The notes below the pieces were generated by a model. The model made no database searches, had not been told where the DNA came from, and worked only from the letters and a program-made list of their open reading frames with translations. From positions 5,952,001 to 6,016,000 of the forward strand of contig NW_026889751.1 of the NCBI RefSeq assembly GCF_033153115.1: a stretch of 64,000 nucleotides of DNA. Direction: 5' to 3'. The DNA is from Saccostrea echinata (Eukaryota). Position numbers and translations under genes: made by a program. Shown here piece after piece: positions 11,483-25,689 of the stretch; the stretch's first letter is position 1; each line of letters opens with the position of its first letter.

Positions 11483-14400
11483 ACACAAGGGTAAAACAGT
11501 ATACCCCCCTCTCCTACGGAGCGGGGGTATAAAAATGCCAATATGGATATAAAGATTTGATTGCTTATTCTTTAATATGTGTATAGAAGATTCTTTTTAA
11601 TATACAGAATATTTATCACACTGTAATAATGATTTTATGAGTTTGTACACGCCAGACATCATAACTTTTTCATTTCACATGTTGAATAGTATCATTTAGT
11701 AAATCCAAAAAAAAAAAGAAAAAAAAAACATTAATAAAAGAAAAAAAGAATCAATCGGGGATTGAATCCTGGTCTCTAGCATGCTAAGCGAGCAACATAC
11801 CCCTAGACCACGGAGGCATTTCATCATACAGCAAATTAAAGGCAAACACTAGGTCACACATAAAAGTCGGTAATGATAATGTCGTAAGAGTTATGCTTCT
11901 TTGACTACGTAACAAGAAGTTGATCTACTCATTTCCATAATATGACTCATATTGAGTTAAGTCTGATTAAATGCAAACATTAGGTCACATATAATGTTTA
12001 TATTCACGTTCGATATTTTCAAAATTTTACACATTACATATTGTCTAATTTAGCCCATACTAAACAGTTCTAATAGATGTAATTAGAATATAAAGTCGGC
12101 CGACAACCTGTATTATACGTAATAATTCTCCACATGCCCCTGTGCTAAAAATAGTGCCAAGCGACTTTTAAATATACAATAAATAAATAAAAAAAAAAAA
12201 AACAGGGCGGGACACTTTTAGAGGGGCGAGAGATGCCATAGGGAGTTATGGTATAAAATTTCTTTGCAAAAGCTCAAAAGCTTTTTGAGATATATATCGC
12301 CCAGAAACGAAAGTGTTACACACAGACGGAATTTGTGAATTTACAACCTTGAACTTTGACCTTTTGACCTCAAAATCAATAGAGGTCTTCCTTAGGCCAC
12401 AGGGAGTTGTTATGTAAAATTTCATTGCAAAAGCTTAAAGAATTCGCAAGATATCACGTGGAAACGAAAGTGTTAAAACAGACAGAATTTAGGAATTTAT
12501 GACCTTGACCTTTGACCTTTTGACCTCAAAATTAATAGGGTTCTTTTTTAGTCCATAGGGAGTTGCTATGTAAAATTTCATTGCAAAAGCACAAAGGATT
12601 CTCGAGATATCACGCAGAAGTGAAAGTGTTACAGACAGACAGAAATACAGACAGACAGACAGACCCAAATTAATATCCCCTGCTTTCAGTGAAAGCGGGG
12701 GACAAATATAGTTTGTCTGGCAATTCTGCATTAGACTGAATGTTATATTAATGATAAACTTTACTGACAGATTGCAAAGGGGAATAATTTGAGGTTGTAA
12801 AAGAAACTCAACATTATTCTCCTTTTCATTCCTTACATTTTTGGCCGAGAAACCATTCATTTTTTTCTGCTTGCTACATTTGTCAAATATTACCTTCTAA
12901 TGGTTCTTTCTTTACAACACTGGACAATTTCCCATTTTCTTCCCTGGTTTCAAAAAGAAAGACATGTAATTAGTTACAAATTGTGTAGACAATAAATTTA
13001 TAACACCCAGACTCCTCTTCAAACATTACAGAACTGTCTATTATTAAAGTCTATCATGTTACTAAATACATGTATAGATTTATTAAGACATGTAAACAAG
13101 GGGAATCTTAAATAATAGAGCATTGTATCTCACAGTTTTTTGTAATAGCATTGCATTCAATAGTTTTACTTTCAAATCTATTACACAGCTTCGCTATGAA
13201 ATGGGAAAAAAAAAATTCATCAGACATGAATTTGCAATATCCTTGTTCCCTATAGATATATTTGACTGTGTTTGGTTGTTTGATCATGACTATAATCTAC
13301 CTTTTCTGTTGCCGATTTTCTTTGTAATGTCTTAGTTCTGCCTCCATCTGTGTCACTTTATTGGTCAGTTTTTTATTCTCTTTCTCCAATCGTTTGTTCT
13401 CGTTTTTCAACAGAAGATTGCTATACTGATCCACTGCTCCAGAACACGATGCCTTGTACGCGATGCTGGAGTCATTGCTGCTGGTATTACTACACTGACT
13501 ACTGTTATCACTGGGCCTCCCCACTGGGTCTTGGAATAATGTCTTTTTTGTTGGCGGTATAAGAACTATACAAGAATAAGAGAGAAAATGTTTTCAACTC
13601 CCATAACCTAAAATCCCTTATCCCAGTTTATACAAAGATATTTAAAAACATGGAGTATGGTAAAGAATTTAGGGTTAATATGAAAAATGCATAAAAAATA
13701 GTAACTCAGATACAAACCTGTAGTTTCATTGTCCTGCTGCAGACGACGGATTTCATTTTTTAAGGTTGATATCCTCTTTTCATATCTGTCCACCACTTCA
13801 CTCAGTTCTTGTTCTCTGAAGGTGCAGAATATATTCAATATGATGACAATACATGAAACTCAAAGGAGCTGAAGCAACAAAAAACAGTGACTGGACAAAA
13901 ATCAGTACAGTGGCGCCATGTTAATCCGGAGTCCCGGACGGCATAAATCCAGATGCTGCACCTTCCAGACAATATTTTTTGGGAACCAATTTTTTCCACG
14001 TTAGTCTGTCTCGTTAATCTGGAAATTCGCGTTCCGCATTTGATTTCTACTACAAATGTAATATTCCATGGAAAACTGACTCGTTTATCTGGACGGTAAT
14101 TTTTCAAGAAACAACTTTTTCGCACCTATCTTACAGAAGTGATAATTGTTGTAAAAACATTTCAATGCTTCAGTTTGAAGGCTGTTACCTGTGCCTTCCA
14201 AAACAAAAGCATCTATGTGTTTACAAGAAATAACCCAGAATAAACATATATCTATTATGAAGCTTGAAAAATTTAACTTTTAATGTGCATTTATTAAATA
14301 TTACTCCATTCAGAATCATATTGCTAACGGTATATAAATTTATAAAAATTGAAAGTTATAAATAAATAAATTGTATATAAAATGAACAATAAATCACGAG

Positions 14401-17400
14401 CGATTTTGTAGTGGACTTGAGTTGCGTAAGTTGAACAAAATCCATTTCTCAAATCATCAATATACAAATGTATCTGAAATGTTTTGTTTTTTTTTAATTT
14501 CGTAAGACAGTTTAAAAAGGCACATAATTCAAGGAAATTTCTTTCTATTTAATGTACTACAATCTATAAACATACATTTTTTTTTAAAGAAATACATAAC
14601 TGGCATTAGGTATAGAAGTCAATTATGTTTTACAAGGTATTTTTTAAAATCAAAATTTAAACTTAGAGTTTGTAGAAAAAATATTAATCATGCAGATGAC
14701 TTGTGTTTACACTGAATGTTTACGTGTACTTATATTGCATGTTTGACATAGCTTGCAGTGTTCAGTTACTAGCAGTCCTATGTAATGAATATACACGGTC
14801 AGTTAATATTTGAGCATTTTCAAATATCATATCACATGAGCTTGAATAATTATAAAATATGGTGAAATAAAACAGTAGCAGATCAAAATTTGGTCAGCCC
14901 ATGCATTCACACACCAAAAGGAAGGAGAGTAAAATTAAAGGAAGTCTTAGCATAAAATTGCCTTTCCATTTTTTATTGTGTAAATTAAATTTTAAATATT
15001 TTTTATAAATAACTTCCTTTAAAACTCTAAAAATAAAATCAATAAACCGACATATTTAAATATTTTTTCTTTGCCATCAGATTTGATACCACTTTTACAT
15101 GTACATGTTTTGAAAGGGTATTCTGAGAAGTGATTCACTTCTCAGAACAATTCCTTTATCCGGACGAATACTTTTGGGATGGAGGCGTCCGGATTAATGA
15201 GGCGCAACTGTGTTAGGCTTTGCTATTAATTAGGTTCAGATTGATAATAAACAGCTATATCTCAAATTATGATAATTCTGTTAATTACCTTTCTTTAGTG
15301 GAGTCTTTGGCTTTTTCCAGTTCCATTCGGAGAGCAAAGTTCTCTCTCTTCTTGTCTGCAAGTTCTCGGGCTTGTGGAGTAAACATGTCTTCTTCATGTC
15401 TCTCTGGTAATGAGTAAAGTCAATAATGAAGATATTAAAGCCTTTAATTGAAAATAATTAGTTAAGATTGAACTTCTTTTAATTCCCATTAATATTTTTC
15501 ACATTAAGAAATAAACAATAGTTTACAAGCATTTAACATGTAATTTCATTCTTGCAAAGAGGTACTCCATTGTTTCTTTTTCAAAACTTTCATAAAACTT
15601 GATATGGCTCTTGATAAGTACCACTATACCTGACATTTTCCTTGACTCCTTAAGCTTCTTTTCCAGGTCTAGTTTGTTTTTCTCTAACTCCGCCACTTGT
15701 TTGTTGAGATCCACCACCTGCTTTTGGTATACTCTGAGATGTTGGATCTCCCTGTCCTTGACCTGTAGATCCGCCCACAATTTGTCATTTTCCTTCTCCT
15801 CTTTGGACAGTTTCTCCATGATCTCCTTTCCCACAACCTTACTGTCCACTTCCTAAGGAGATAAATATCAGCCTGTTACTACCCATTCATAACTTTGCAA
15901 GATATTTTTAATTTAAAAGCATAGTACCATCAGACTAAAAAGTGTTCTCAAATAAGGCTCATTTCCCGTTACATAAAAGTTTGACTTGATGATGATTTAA
16001 GTTCATATCTCAAATGTCATGTTTATATCTCAAAGGTTAAATATATTTTATATAATGGGGTCCATCAGAGGATGAGCAGGCAAAAAAGATCTGAGAGAAC
16101 CATTACAACTACACATAATGGAGCTTAGTCCACAATTCTCTTACATGTACAAAGAATTAGTAAAAGAAGACAGTCCAAGAAGGTTTATTAAAGGTAAGAA
16201 GCATTATGAGAAATACAGACATAAGGGAAACAACTGCCCAATCAGTAACTGCTCCAAATGTTCTTTTGACAAGAGTTACAGGTTTTGACTTGTTATACCA
16301 GCACAAGCAGTTAAATGTGTTTAGATATATTGACTCACCTCTAGCTCCTTCAATAGATCTTGAATAGATTTCTTTTGTTTTTGAATGGTTAGCCTTTGAG
16401 AATTGAATTCAGATACCAGTTTTGCTCTCTGTAATATGAAATGAAATTTATGTAATAAAAATGCTTTAGGTGATGAATTCCAATAAGTAATGGACTGTCC
16501 ATTTTTTCTTCATTATCTATGAAACTTATTGATAAGAAATATTGTTATACTTTTAAAATTAGTTCCTATATAAATCTATACTAAAAAATGTCTAACATTT
16601 CTATTAAATGTTTTACTGAGTGGTCATAAAAAAAAATCGATTTTTGACTGCAGAGTGAGATATTGGACCTGTGGACAATATATTGGACTGCTTATGTCAC
16701 ACTGTGGGCGGGATCAGCTAAATCTTATTTGCATTTGTTGGTATGGAAACCAGCAAGATACATGTACATGTATGACAAAAAAAATTAAATAAATGAAAGG
16801 TGCATGTATAACAACACATTTATTGATTGGGTTCTTGGGCAAAACGTGTTTTACCAACCCTAACAGCCTCAGGCAAATAGTTTGGTTCTTGGGTCCAACA
16901 ACGGCATGTTGCCCTCGAACCCAGTCAGTAAATGTATATTGTTCTCATGTAAATACTTTTAAATTTGAGAATTTTATGTCCATCACAGATGTCGACTCAC
17001 TGATAAAGCTGTTTTTGTTTGTTAAAAAGATATTAGCCTGTTTTCAGTAATACTTTTTCATTTTATAGTACTTTACCTTACTTGACTCTGTATTTTATAT
17101 ACCTGTAAATGTGTTCATGTACCTCATATATCATTGTATGGTCTGGGAGTAATAAATAAACAAGAAAGTGTGTTCATCAAAATAGAAACAACTTTGGCAT
17201 TTGACTTTTGAAATAATTTCCATGAGACCCTAGGTCTATAGGTGTATTTCTTGAACAACTCTCCATCTATGTAAATATATAGCATGCAGGCTAAAAACAG
17301 GTAATCAGAGATTACAGAGCTCACCTCAACAAATGTTGTCTTTAAGTAAGGTAAAGTCCCACACTAAACTAATAATCTAGTAGTGTGCATCCCTAGATGC

Positions 17401-20400
17401 AACATTTATGCAATTTTGGACTTATAGGGCTTGCGGTTACTTGGGAATGGACTTATCTAAAAACTTTAAACTAGTCACTCATCCAGAAAATGTAAGTCAA
17501 ATCCAGCATCTGAAGCAAGTTTGAGCGTGTTCATCCCTTGATGCATCATCCATGCAAGTTTGGTTCAGATAGGCCTTATAGTTATTTGGAAAAGAGATCT
17601 GCTCCAAAAACTTTAACCTGGTCACTCATCCGGAAATTGTAGGTCAGATCCAGCATCCAAAGCAAGTTTAGTAGTGTGCATCCTTAGATGTATCATCCAT
17701 GCAAGTTTGGTCAATATAGGACCTATAGTTACTTGGAAACGAGACCTGCTCCAAAAACTTTAACCTCCTCCAAAAACATTAACAGCATCTGATACCTTGA
17801 CTGGTACAATGAAACCCACTAGAAGCATCCTCCATGCATCTCTGATTAATATAGGGCATAGAAGTACTTGAAAAGAAAACTGTTCCAAAAACTTTAACCT
17901 GGGACGCCGACGGTATTACATAAGTTCCCCAAACTTCGTTGAGGTGAGCTAAGAATGTCTGAGTCATTGCAAGTCTCAACCTTTGGCTTTCACCTTTAAT
18001 TAGGTGCCAATGAAATAGAGGTGTCTTCCTCTAATCTTATCCCTCTATGTAGCTGCAGATCTGTAGCTTGCTGGTCTGAAAAAAATTGGGATGGACGACC
18101 AGAGAGCTACTGTGTCACCCATTGAAAAAAGTGTATATTTATTGTGCACAAAAATGTGTGCCGTTTCTACTGGTCAGAAATATAGTCACAGTGATTTCTG
18201 AAGAGCACCTGTATTTCTAACTAGGGCCCTATAAATATATCATGACGACTGTCTAGTAGTGAACAATACCTTCATTTTCTCTTCCAGGCGGAATTTTTCT
18301 CTTTCATTCTTCAAAGTATCACACTCTGATTTTATCTGCTCTATTTCTTTCTGTTTTCAATAAAAAGAAAAGAGTACTGTCTGATAAGTACAGTAAATGA
18401 TTTCAACAGAAAACTGAGAAAGACTGCACACATTAGTATTGTTTCACAGTAAAATTAATGTAACAGATTTTAAATCATTTAATCAGTTGCTTGATATAGA
18501 AACATCTCTAATTTATCATAAGATGATTTCTACAGGAAATTAAAGAAATTCTCATTCTGAGCAGCACCCTGCAGTTAAACTATGGAATTTTCAAAGAATG
18601 AGATAAAAAAAAATATAAAAATTCTGTTCTGTATGTTTTATAATTTCTTTTCATCTGTGTTTACATGTATATAGTTGTTGTAAATGATGTAGCTTTCTTT
18701 CTCTACCAAATTTACCTGTAAAATCTGGGGAATACTGGCTCCTGACTGCATTTTCTTTATTACTTGTTCAAGTTCAGAGTTCTTCCTCTTGTAGTTTTGA
18801 ACATTGACCTCTAGCTCTGATATGGTATAACGGAGTTCCTGAACCCCTTCCTTCTCCAACTGAGCTTGGAGACTCTGGAGCTGGGATCGAAGTGAACCAA
18901 GTTCACTGTCTTTCCTCTCTATCTCGGCCTGTAGTTCCTCCTTTACAGGATTCACAATGCTCTGGTCAGATGCCTAAAATACAAATTACCTGTGGTACAT
19001 TAAGCTTTCAATGCCACTTGAAACATACATTTGTATATTTTCTGTTCATGTTTGAAAATACAATAACCTTTGAAGTAATCCAGAAAACTTAATGTAATAC
19101 ATGTATCAAGATAAGATGTTTTACATATAACTCTAAATTTCCTTTATAAAATGAAATGTCTTTATAATGCTCTTCAAAAAACAAGCAAGCAATTACAAGT
19201 GCCTTCCTATCAAAGACCCCTCTCAGCAAAGAAAAAAACCTAGAATGATGTAGATCATAAAACAAACACTAGACTGAAGAAGATCAAAACTCATACTAGT
19301 ATGTCACTGCAGCACAGTATTTGATCTTCAAAGTAGAGATTGTACAAATCCTGATGAATGATGCTAACTGATTTCAAACTTCATTAACAGCGCAATTGAA
19401 AATCAGTAACTCACCTCTTTACGTTTGTCCTCAGTAGCCTTTATTTTACATTGGAGACCCTCCAGATCACTCTTTAGTGACATCACTTCCTCTTCCTTTG
19501 CTGTGATCTTCTTCTGTAACTCCTTGGTGACCTTTTCCACTTTCTCTTCCCCAGCTTTTAGTTCATGCTCCATGGACTGAAGCTCTTTTTCTAGGGAGTT
19601 GATTATGGAATCTTTTTCTACCATCTTGGTTTGCATTTCTTCTAGAGCAGAACTACTAGCACTTTGATCCAAGTTCTAGAATTTGATGCAAAGGTAGAAT
19701 TTTTTAAAATATTTTGTTTAAAAAACCCTTTTTTTCACTCTTAGGAAAGTTACTTATCATAAAATATCTCAAGTTACAAATTTTCTTAACCCTTTGAAAA
19801 CAACCTTGGGTTAAGTCCATGACATTCTTCGGTTAAAAAAAACAGCACTTATTTGCCATAGCAAGCTACAAATGTTTCTTTGAGGTCAATTCACAAATAT
19901 TACTGCCAGTGACTTTGACATGTTCACGTGTCCTCTTATCAAGGTTACAGCATACATTCAGAAACATAACTCAAGGTTACAGCACACATTCAAAAACATA
20001 ACTCAAGGTTACAGCACACATTCAAAAACATAACTCAAGGTTACAGCACACATTCAAAAACATAACTCAAGGTTACAGCACCAAAAACATGTCTCAAAAT
20101 ACAGCATTTTTTCAATTACATGTGACTGGCAATAATTGTTGCTATGAGCTTCTAATTTTTTCCTCTTGTAAAAAGGAATCGAATTTCATCTAAAAATATT
20201 TGTCTATATAATTCCCAAATACTTTGGTTATGTGAAGGTTTTATAAAGATAACAAAAGCATATATAAATCACTCGAGTGACTCAAATGATGTAGAAATAC
20301 TGTGTAGTAGGATTAGAATTCACCTGTTTGAGTTCCCACATCTCCTCACTCATACTCTGTATCTCTGACTTTTGACTCTCCACTTCAGATTCCAGGAACT

Positions 20401-23400
20401 GACACTGCTCCTGTACATCTGCCACCTCCCTCTCTTTATCCCTCACCGTAGATTCCAGCTGCATGTTCTTCAGCTTCAGATTGTGGATTTCTGTGTTAGC
20501 TGAGGCCAGCGACTGCTCCAGCTCCTCCATGGAATCCCGCAAACTGTTGGTCTCGTCTGATAACTCCATCACACGTTCCCACCGCGTCTGTAGAACTTCT
20601 TGCTGCTTGGCATACTCTGCCTTTCCCTTTTCTAATTTTGCTTTCAGTTTTTCGTTTTCAGATGAAAGTGTCTCCATTTCTTCTTTAAGATTCTGAACTT
20701 CCTCAGTATGGCTTGACTTCAAGTTATTAACAGATGAAAATTTTGATTCCAGGGATGTTTTTTCATCTTCTAACTTTTGAAGTTCACTCTGGAATTCCTT
20801 TTGCGTTTCCTCTAATAAACAAATTTGCTGAAATAGAAAGCAAAATTATTTATGTAAATAAACAATAATTGTAAAAAGTTAGGCCACCAAACAGAGCTCA
20901 TCTTAAATCTTCATCAAGTTAGCTTTCAAGCCATGATTTTTTCAGTATCAAATATTTAGTAGCACTCTGTATTATGTTTTAGAATATTGTGGAATCACTT
21001 TAATTTGGAGGTCAATTGCTGGCAAACAAAATTTTACTGGTTCACAAGGAGCCTGATGTAATGTCATGGGTAACTCATCTATAGAAAAAATTCAATTAAC
21101 CAATGTTGACAATTCATGATTATGAATTAAATGAGATATTAAATTGACTGAAGAATTGATCTTCAACTGGAATAGAAAGTCATCCGTTTCTGAGATGAGC
21201 TTAATATACATGTTTATATACTGACCAAGCTGTGTCTGCATGAAGATAACAAAGGGATACTTTTCTATGGGAATGAGCAAAATTCACTGGGATAGATATT
21301 AAGAAAGATATGAGTTACATACCTTACTGTGCATAAAAATACCAAAACATTAAAACTTCTTACCTGTTCAAAATGTATTACTTTCTTCTCTTTCTGTTCA
21401 AGTGCAGACTGTAATTTTTCATTTTCCTCTTTCACTGTCTGGATTTCAACTTCCAGTTTTTGACAATAATTGTTTACCTCTTCGTTTTCCTTGTGATCTG
21501 TTAGATCAGACACTTTACCATGCAAAGCTTCAATCTGTCTCTGATAGTTAACAATTTCCTCCTCTAATTCCTCCTGTCTTTTTGTCAGGCTGGTTACCCG
21601 TTCCTTTGTTTCCTCCAAACAGTGACTGAGTTCTAACACTTTTTCCTCAGCTTCTTCCCAGTTTTTGGTCACATCCTGCAGTCTTTCATTAAGATCTTGA
21701 TGCACTTCTTTCATAGAGATCAACTCCTGTTTCACTGCTTCTGCCCTGTGGGATTCAACCTCCTCCTTTTCCTCCCTCACCTTTTTCCATTCCTCATGTT
21801 CCCTTGCCTCCTCCTCCAGTGAGGACAGCCTTTCCTTCAGGTGTTCATTCTCTACTGACAAAAGTTGAAGTTGTTCCTTTGTACAGCTCTCTTCAATGTC
21901 ATTCCGCTGAGATTGTAAAACATCTTCCTGTTCCTCTGTTTGTGAAGCTTGTTCTGTATATGTAGATTTCTCAGCTGTGAAGTCTTCAGTCTGTGTTTCT
22001 TGGCTGTCTTTGGGTTCTGAGATCTGCTGACTCGTCTCTGATATCAGCTTCCCCTCCAGTTCCCAAACCTTTTCACGTGACACCCGGCTTTCCTCCTGGG
22101 CTTCTCTTAGATTGTCCTCCAGGCATTCCACTTCCTAAAAAAAGGCCAATTACTTTGAAAATGCTGTATTACATAAGGTGTTTTTTTTTAAAGCTTTTTG
22201 CTTTTGAATTTGCTATCTCCATGAAAAATGAAATTGAGCTGTTGGATTGTAAACTTTTTTTATTATTTTTACATCATTTACAGTAAAACATATAGTGACA
22301 TGGCGAAGTGCCATGTAGAAACAATTTTGATTTGTAATAAATGTAATTCATTATACTTCTATCTATTAAGGAAGCTATAAACACAAACAAAAAGTGCTTT
22401 TTGGATTTGGAGAAAAATATTTCATATAGAGGTGTGAATACTGAGTCTATTTAGTTCATTTTCAACATATGGTACCTGCCTTATTTCCGCAGGAAAAATG
22501 TTCTCAGACAATGGACTATTCATGAACAGAAATCACTGTTGTTTACTTACATTGGGAAAATTAATGGAAATAATGAATTTAATTACTTATTCTTGGTCTA
22601 ATATAATGCTAAGACTATTTTAATCTATTACAAATTGTGTAATTAATTGTAAATAACCATTTTTTCTATCTTACTTCTAAGGTCAGCTCATTTTAACTGC
22701 ATAAAACTACTCTATAAGTAGAACTCTTTAGTGTGCAGTGTTTAGAACTTCCTTAAGCATATGTTTTAAAACTATAGGGAGTGAAATCACTTTGCTGTAA
22801 GCAGGAACTCATTATAAGCCGTTTTACTGAGCATAAAATGTTTCTTTCAAAAAGTAAATGTAAAGAATAAATGAATGCTTTATATTCTGTGACAAATCAC
22901 AAATAGTATAGCTTGTATCTTAAGATTGTTATTCACCTGTTGATAGTGTTTCATTTGATCCTGGAGACTGCTAACTTCTTCGTTGAGCTCCTCCACTCGT
23001 TCCTGTAGGGACACATTCTCCATGGAGAGTCTCTCACACATCTCTGTGTAGTCCATACTCTCTGAATGGGTTCTATTCATACGACTGGAACTTTCAGACC
23101 TATGTCTTGTTGAATGATTCAATTTAACATTTTCTTGAAGTCTCTCATTTTCTTCTTGTAAACTAATAATTTTGCTTTCATTCTCATTCCTTTGAGTTTG
23201 TAGACTATTTATTTCCTCCAATAGGTTTGAAATATCAGAATTCTGTCTTTGCAGATTTTCATTTTCTTCCTTTAGTTTACACATACATTCCTCAAGCCTT
23301 TCAACCTTTTCTGTCTTATGTGCAAGTTGTCTCTGAAAGTCACAAATGTCTTCTACATATTTTTGGCAACTCGAGCAAGGTCTATGTACATTATTTTCTG

Positions 23401-25562
23401 GCAAATTCTCACTCTGCATGATTTTTTCATGAAGTTCTACACAGAGAGCCTCTTTTTCAGTAACAGCTTTCCTAAACTCTTCACACAAAGCCTCTTTTTC
23501 ATTCACAGTATGAGCCAACTCCTCACATTGACTACGCAAACGTTCCAATTCCTCTTGAATTATTTTATCTTGTTGAGATTCGAATTCCTCCTGCATTTTA
23601 TGTTTTTCTTTGGCATGTTCTTTCTTCATCACCTCCACAATATTTTGAAATTGTTCCATCAGTTCTGTTGGATCTTTGAGATTTCCCCTCTCTTGTTCTA
23701 ATGTATCTATCTTATCTTGAAATTCCACAATGTTCTTTTCCAGCCTAGCTCTTTCCTCCTCATCCATAGCATTCTCTGATTTTGTTTCCTGGGATTCTTC
23801 CTGGAGACTCACATTCACACTCTTATCCAGTCTCTCCACATCCTCAATCTTCTGTAAATTACTAAATTCCTCATCCCCCCTGCTCCCCCTACACTTCACA
23901 CAGTTCTCCTTCTCTATGTTTGTCTCTTTCTCTACAGATCCCATTAATTCTTTTCTGACATTCTCCAGTTCCTCTACATGTCTCATTGTTTCCTGGTGTA
24001 GATTTGTCTCCAGTTCTTGTATTCTCACTGCCTGTGACCTTTCGCTATCATGAAAGTTCTCTTTGAGTCTGTTTAATTCATTTTCCCTATCTTTCAATTG
24101 GCTTTCTAAATCATTCCGTTTTTCTTCTGCCATTGAAGAGAGTTTATCCATTTCTTCCACTTGTGCTTCCACTTTCTCTTCAAGTTCAACAATTTTTCTG
24201 TTTGCCTCTTCCAGCATTCTCCTTCCACATTCCACCTTGTCCTCTACAGTTTTAGTGTCTTCTGAAGATTCAAGGCTTTTTCTCCAGTCAACCAAAGTAT
24301 TTTCTAGGTTCTTGTTCTTTGCCTGAAGGTCCTCCTTTTCTGAAACATGTTGTTTAATCTCCTCCTCCAATGAAAGCACTCTCTGATGAAGCTCCTGGAT
24401 AATATTATTAAATTCACTGGATTCTGCTGTGGTTTTTAACTCTTCTACTTCCTGTATCTTCTCCTCCAAAGCATTCTGAAGCTGCTTGTTCTCTGCTTGA
24501 AACTCTTCCACAGTTTCTTCAAATACTTTGATAGTCTAAAGAAATAAAAACAAATACAACCAATATATAATCAAATAAAACTTTCAATCAAATTGACAAA
24601 AGTGTCCAAGAAGTGAAAACAAGAGGCCCAGGGGCCACATTGCTCACCTGAGCACTCTGGCTAGGAAAAAGCACAAAGCAGTTCAGTCTTGAAAAGTTTT
24701 GATATAAAAGTGGTTCGAGGGGGTGGGGGGTGGAGGGTGTTAAATTGGACTAATTTGAATCTATACTTCATAGGGATGCTTTTGAATTAATATGACAAAT
24801 AATGGCTTTGCTATTCGTAAGAAGACAATTTTAATTGATATATCATTTGTATTCCTTTGTTTGACTATGATCCCCTGTTATGGCCCTCTATTCTCCTGGG
24901 GGGTCGTGATTTGAACAAAATTTGAATCTACATTAATTGAGGATGCTTCCATTTAAATATGACTAATTATGGCTTTGCTGTTCTTGAAAAGAAAATTTTT
25001 GAAGATTTTTTCCTATGTATTCCTATGTAAAACTTTATTAGCCCATTGTGGCCCCATCCTACCCCCGGGGGTCATGATTTGAACAAACTTGAATCTACAC
25101 TAGCTGAGGATGCTTCCATTTAAATATGACCAACAATGGCTTTGCTGATCTTGAGAAGATATTTACAGATTTTCCCTGTATATTCCAATGTAAAACTTTG
25201 ATCGCCCATTGTGGCCCCACCCTACCCCCGGGGGTCATGATTTGAACAAACTTTAATCTACACAACCTGAGGATGCTTCCATATTAATATAACCAATCAT
25301 AGCTTTACTGTTCTTGAAAAGAAGATTTTTAAAGAGATTTTCCCTGTATATTCCAATGTAAAACTTTGATTTGAACAAACTTGAATCTACACTACCTGAG
25401 GATGCTTACATATAAGTTTCTATTTTCAAGCCAAGTGGTTCTTGAGAAGAAGATTTTTAAATGATGCCAATTAATTTTTCACGAATTCATAATTATCTCT
25501 CCTTGGAAGAAGGCGTGGCCCTTCATTTGAAAAAACTTGAATCCCCTTAACCCAAGGATATT

Positions 25563-25633
<71 letters not shown>

Positions 25634-25646
25634 AACGACGACGACA

Positions 25647-25689
<43 letters not shown>

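Noticed and set aside
19940-20090. 32-bp repeats resembling a CRISPR array
   Set aside because: Head-to-tail units with no spacers, inside a eukaryotic intron, and no cas genes.
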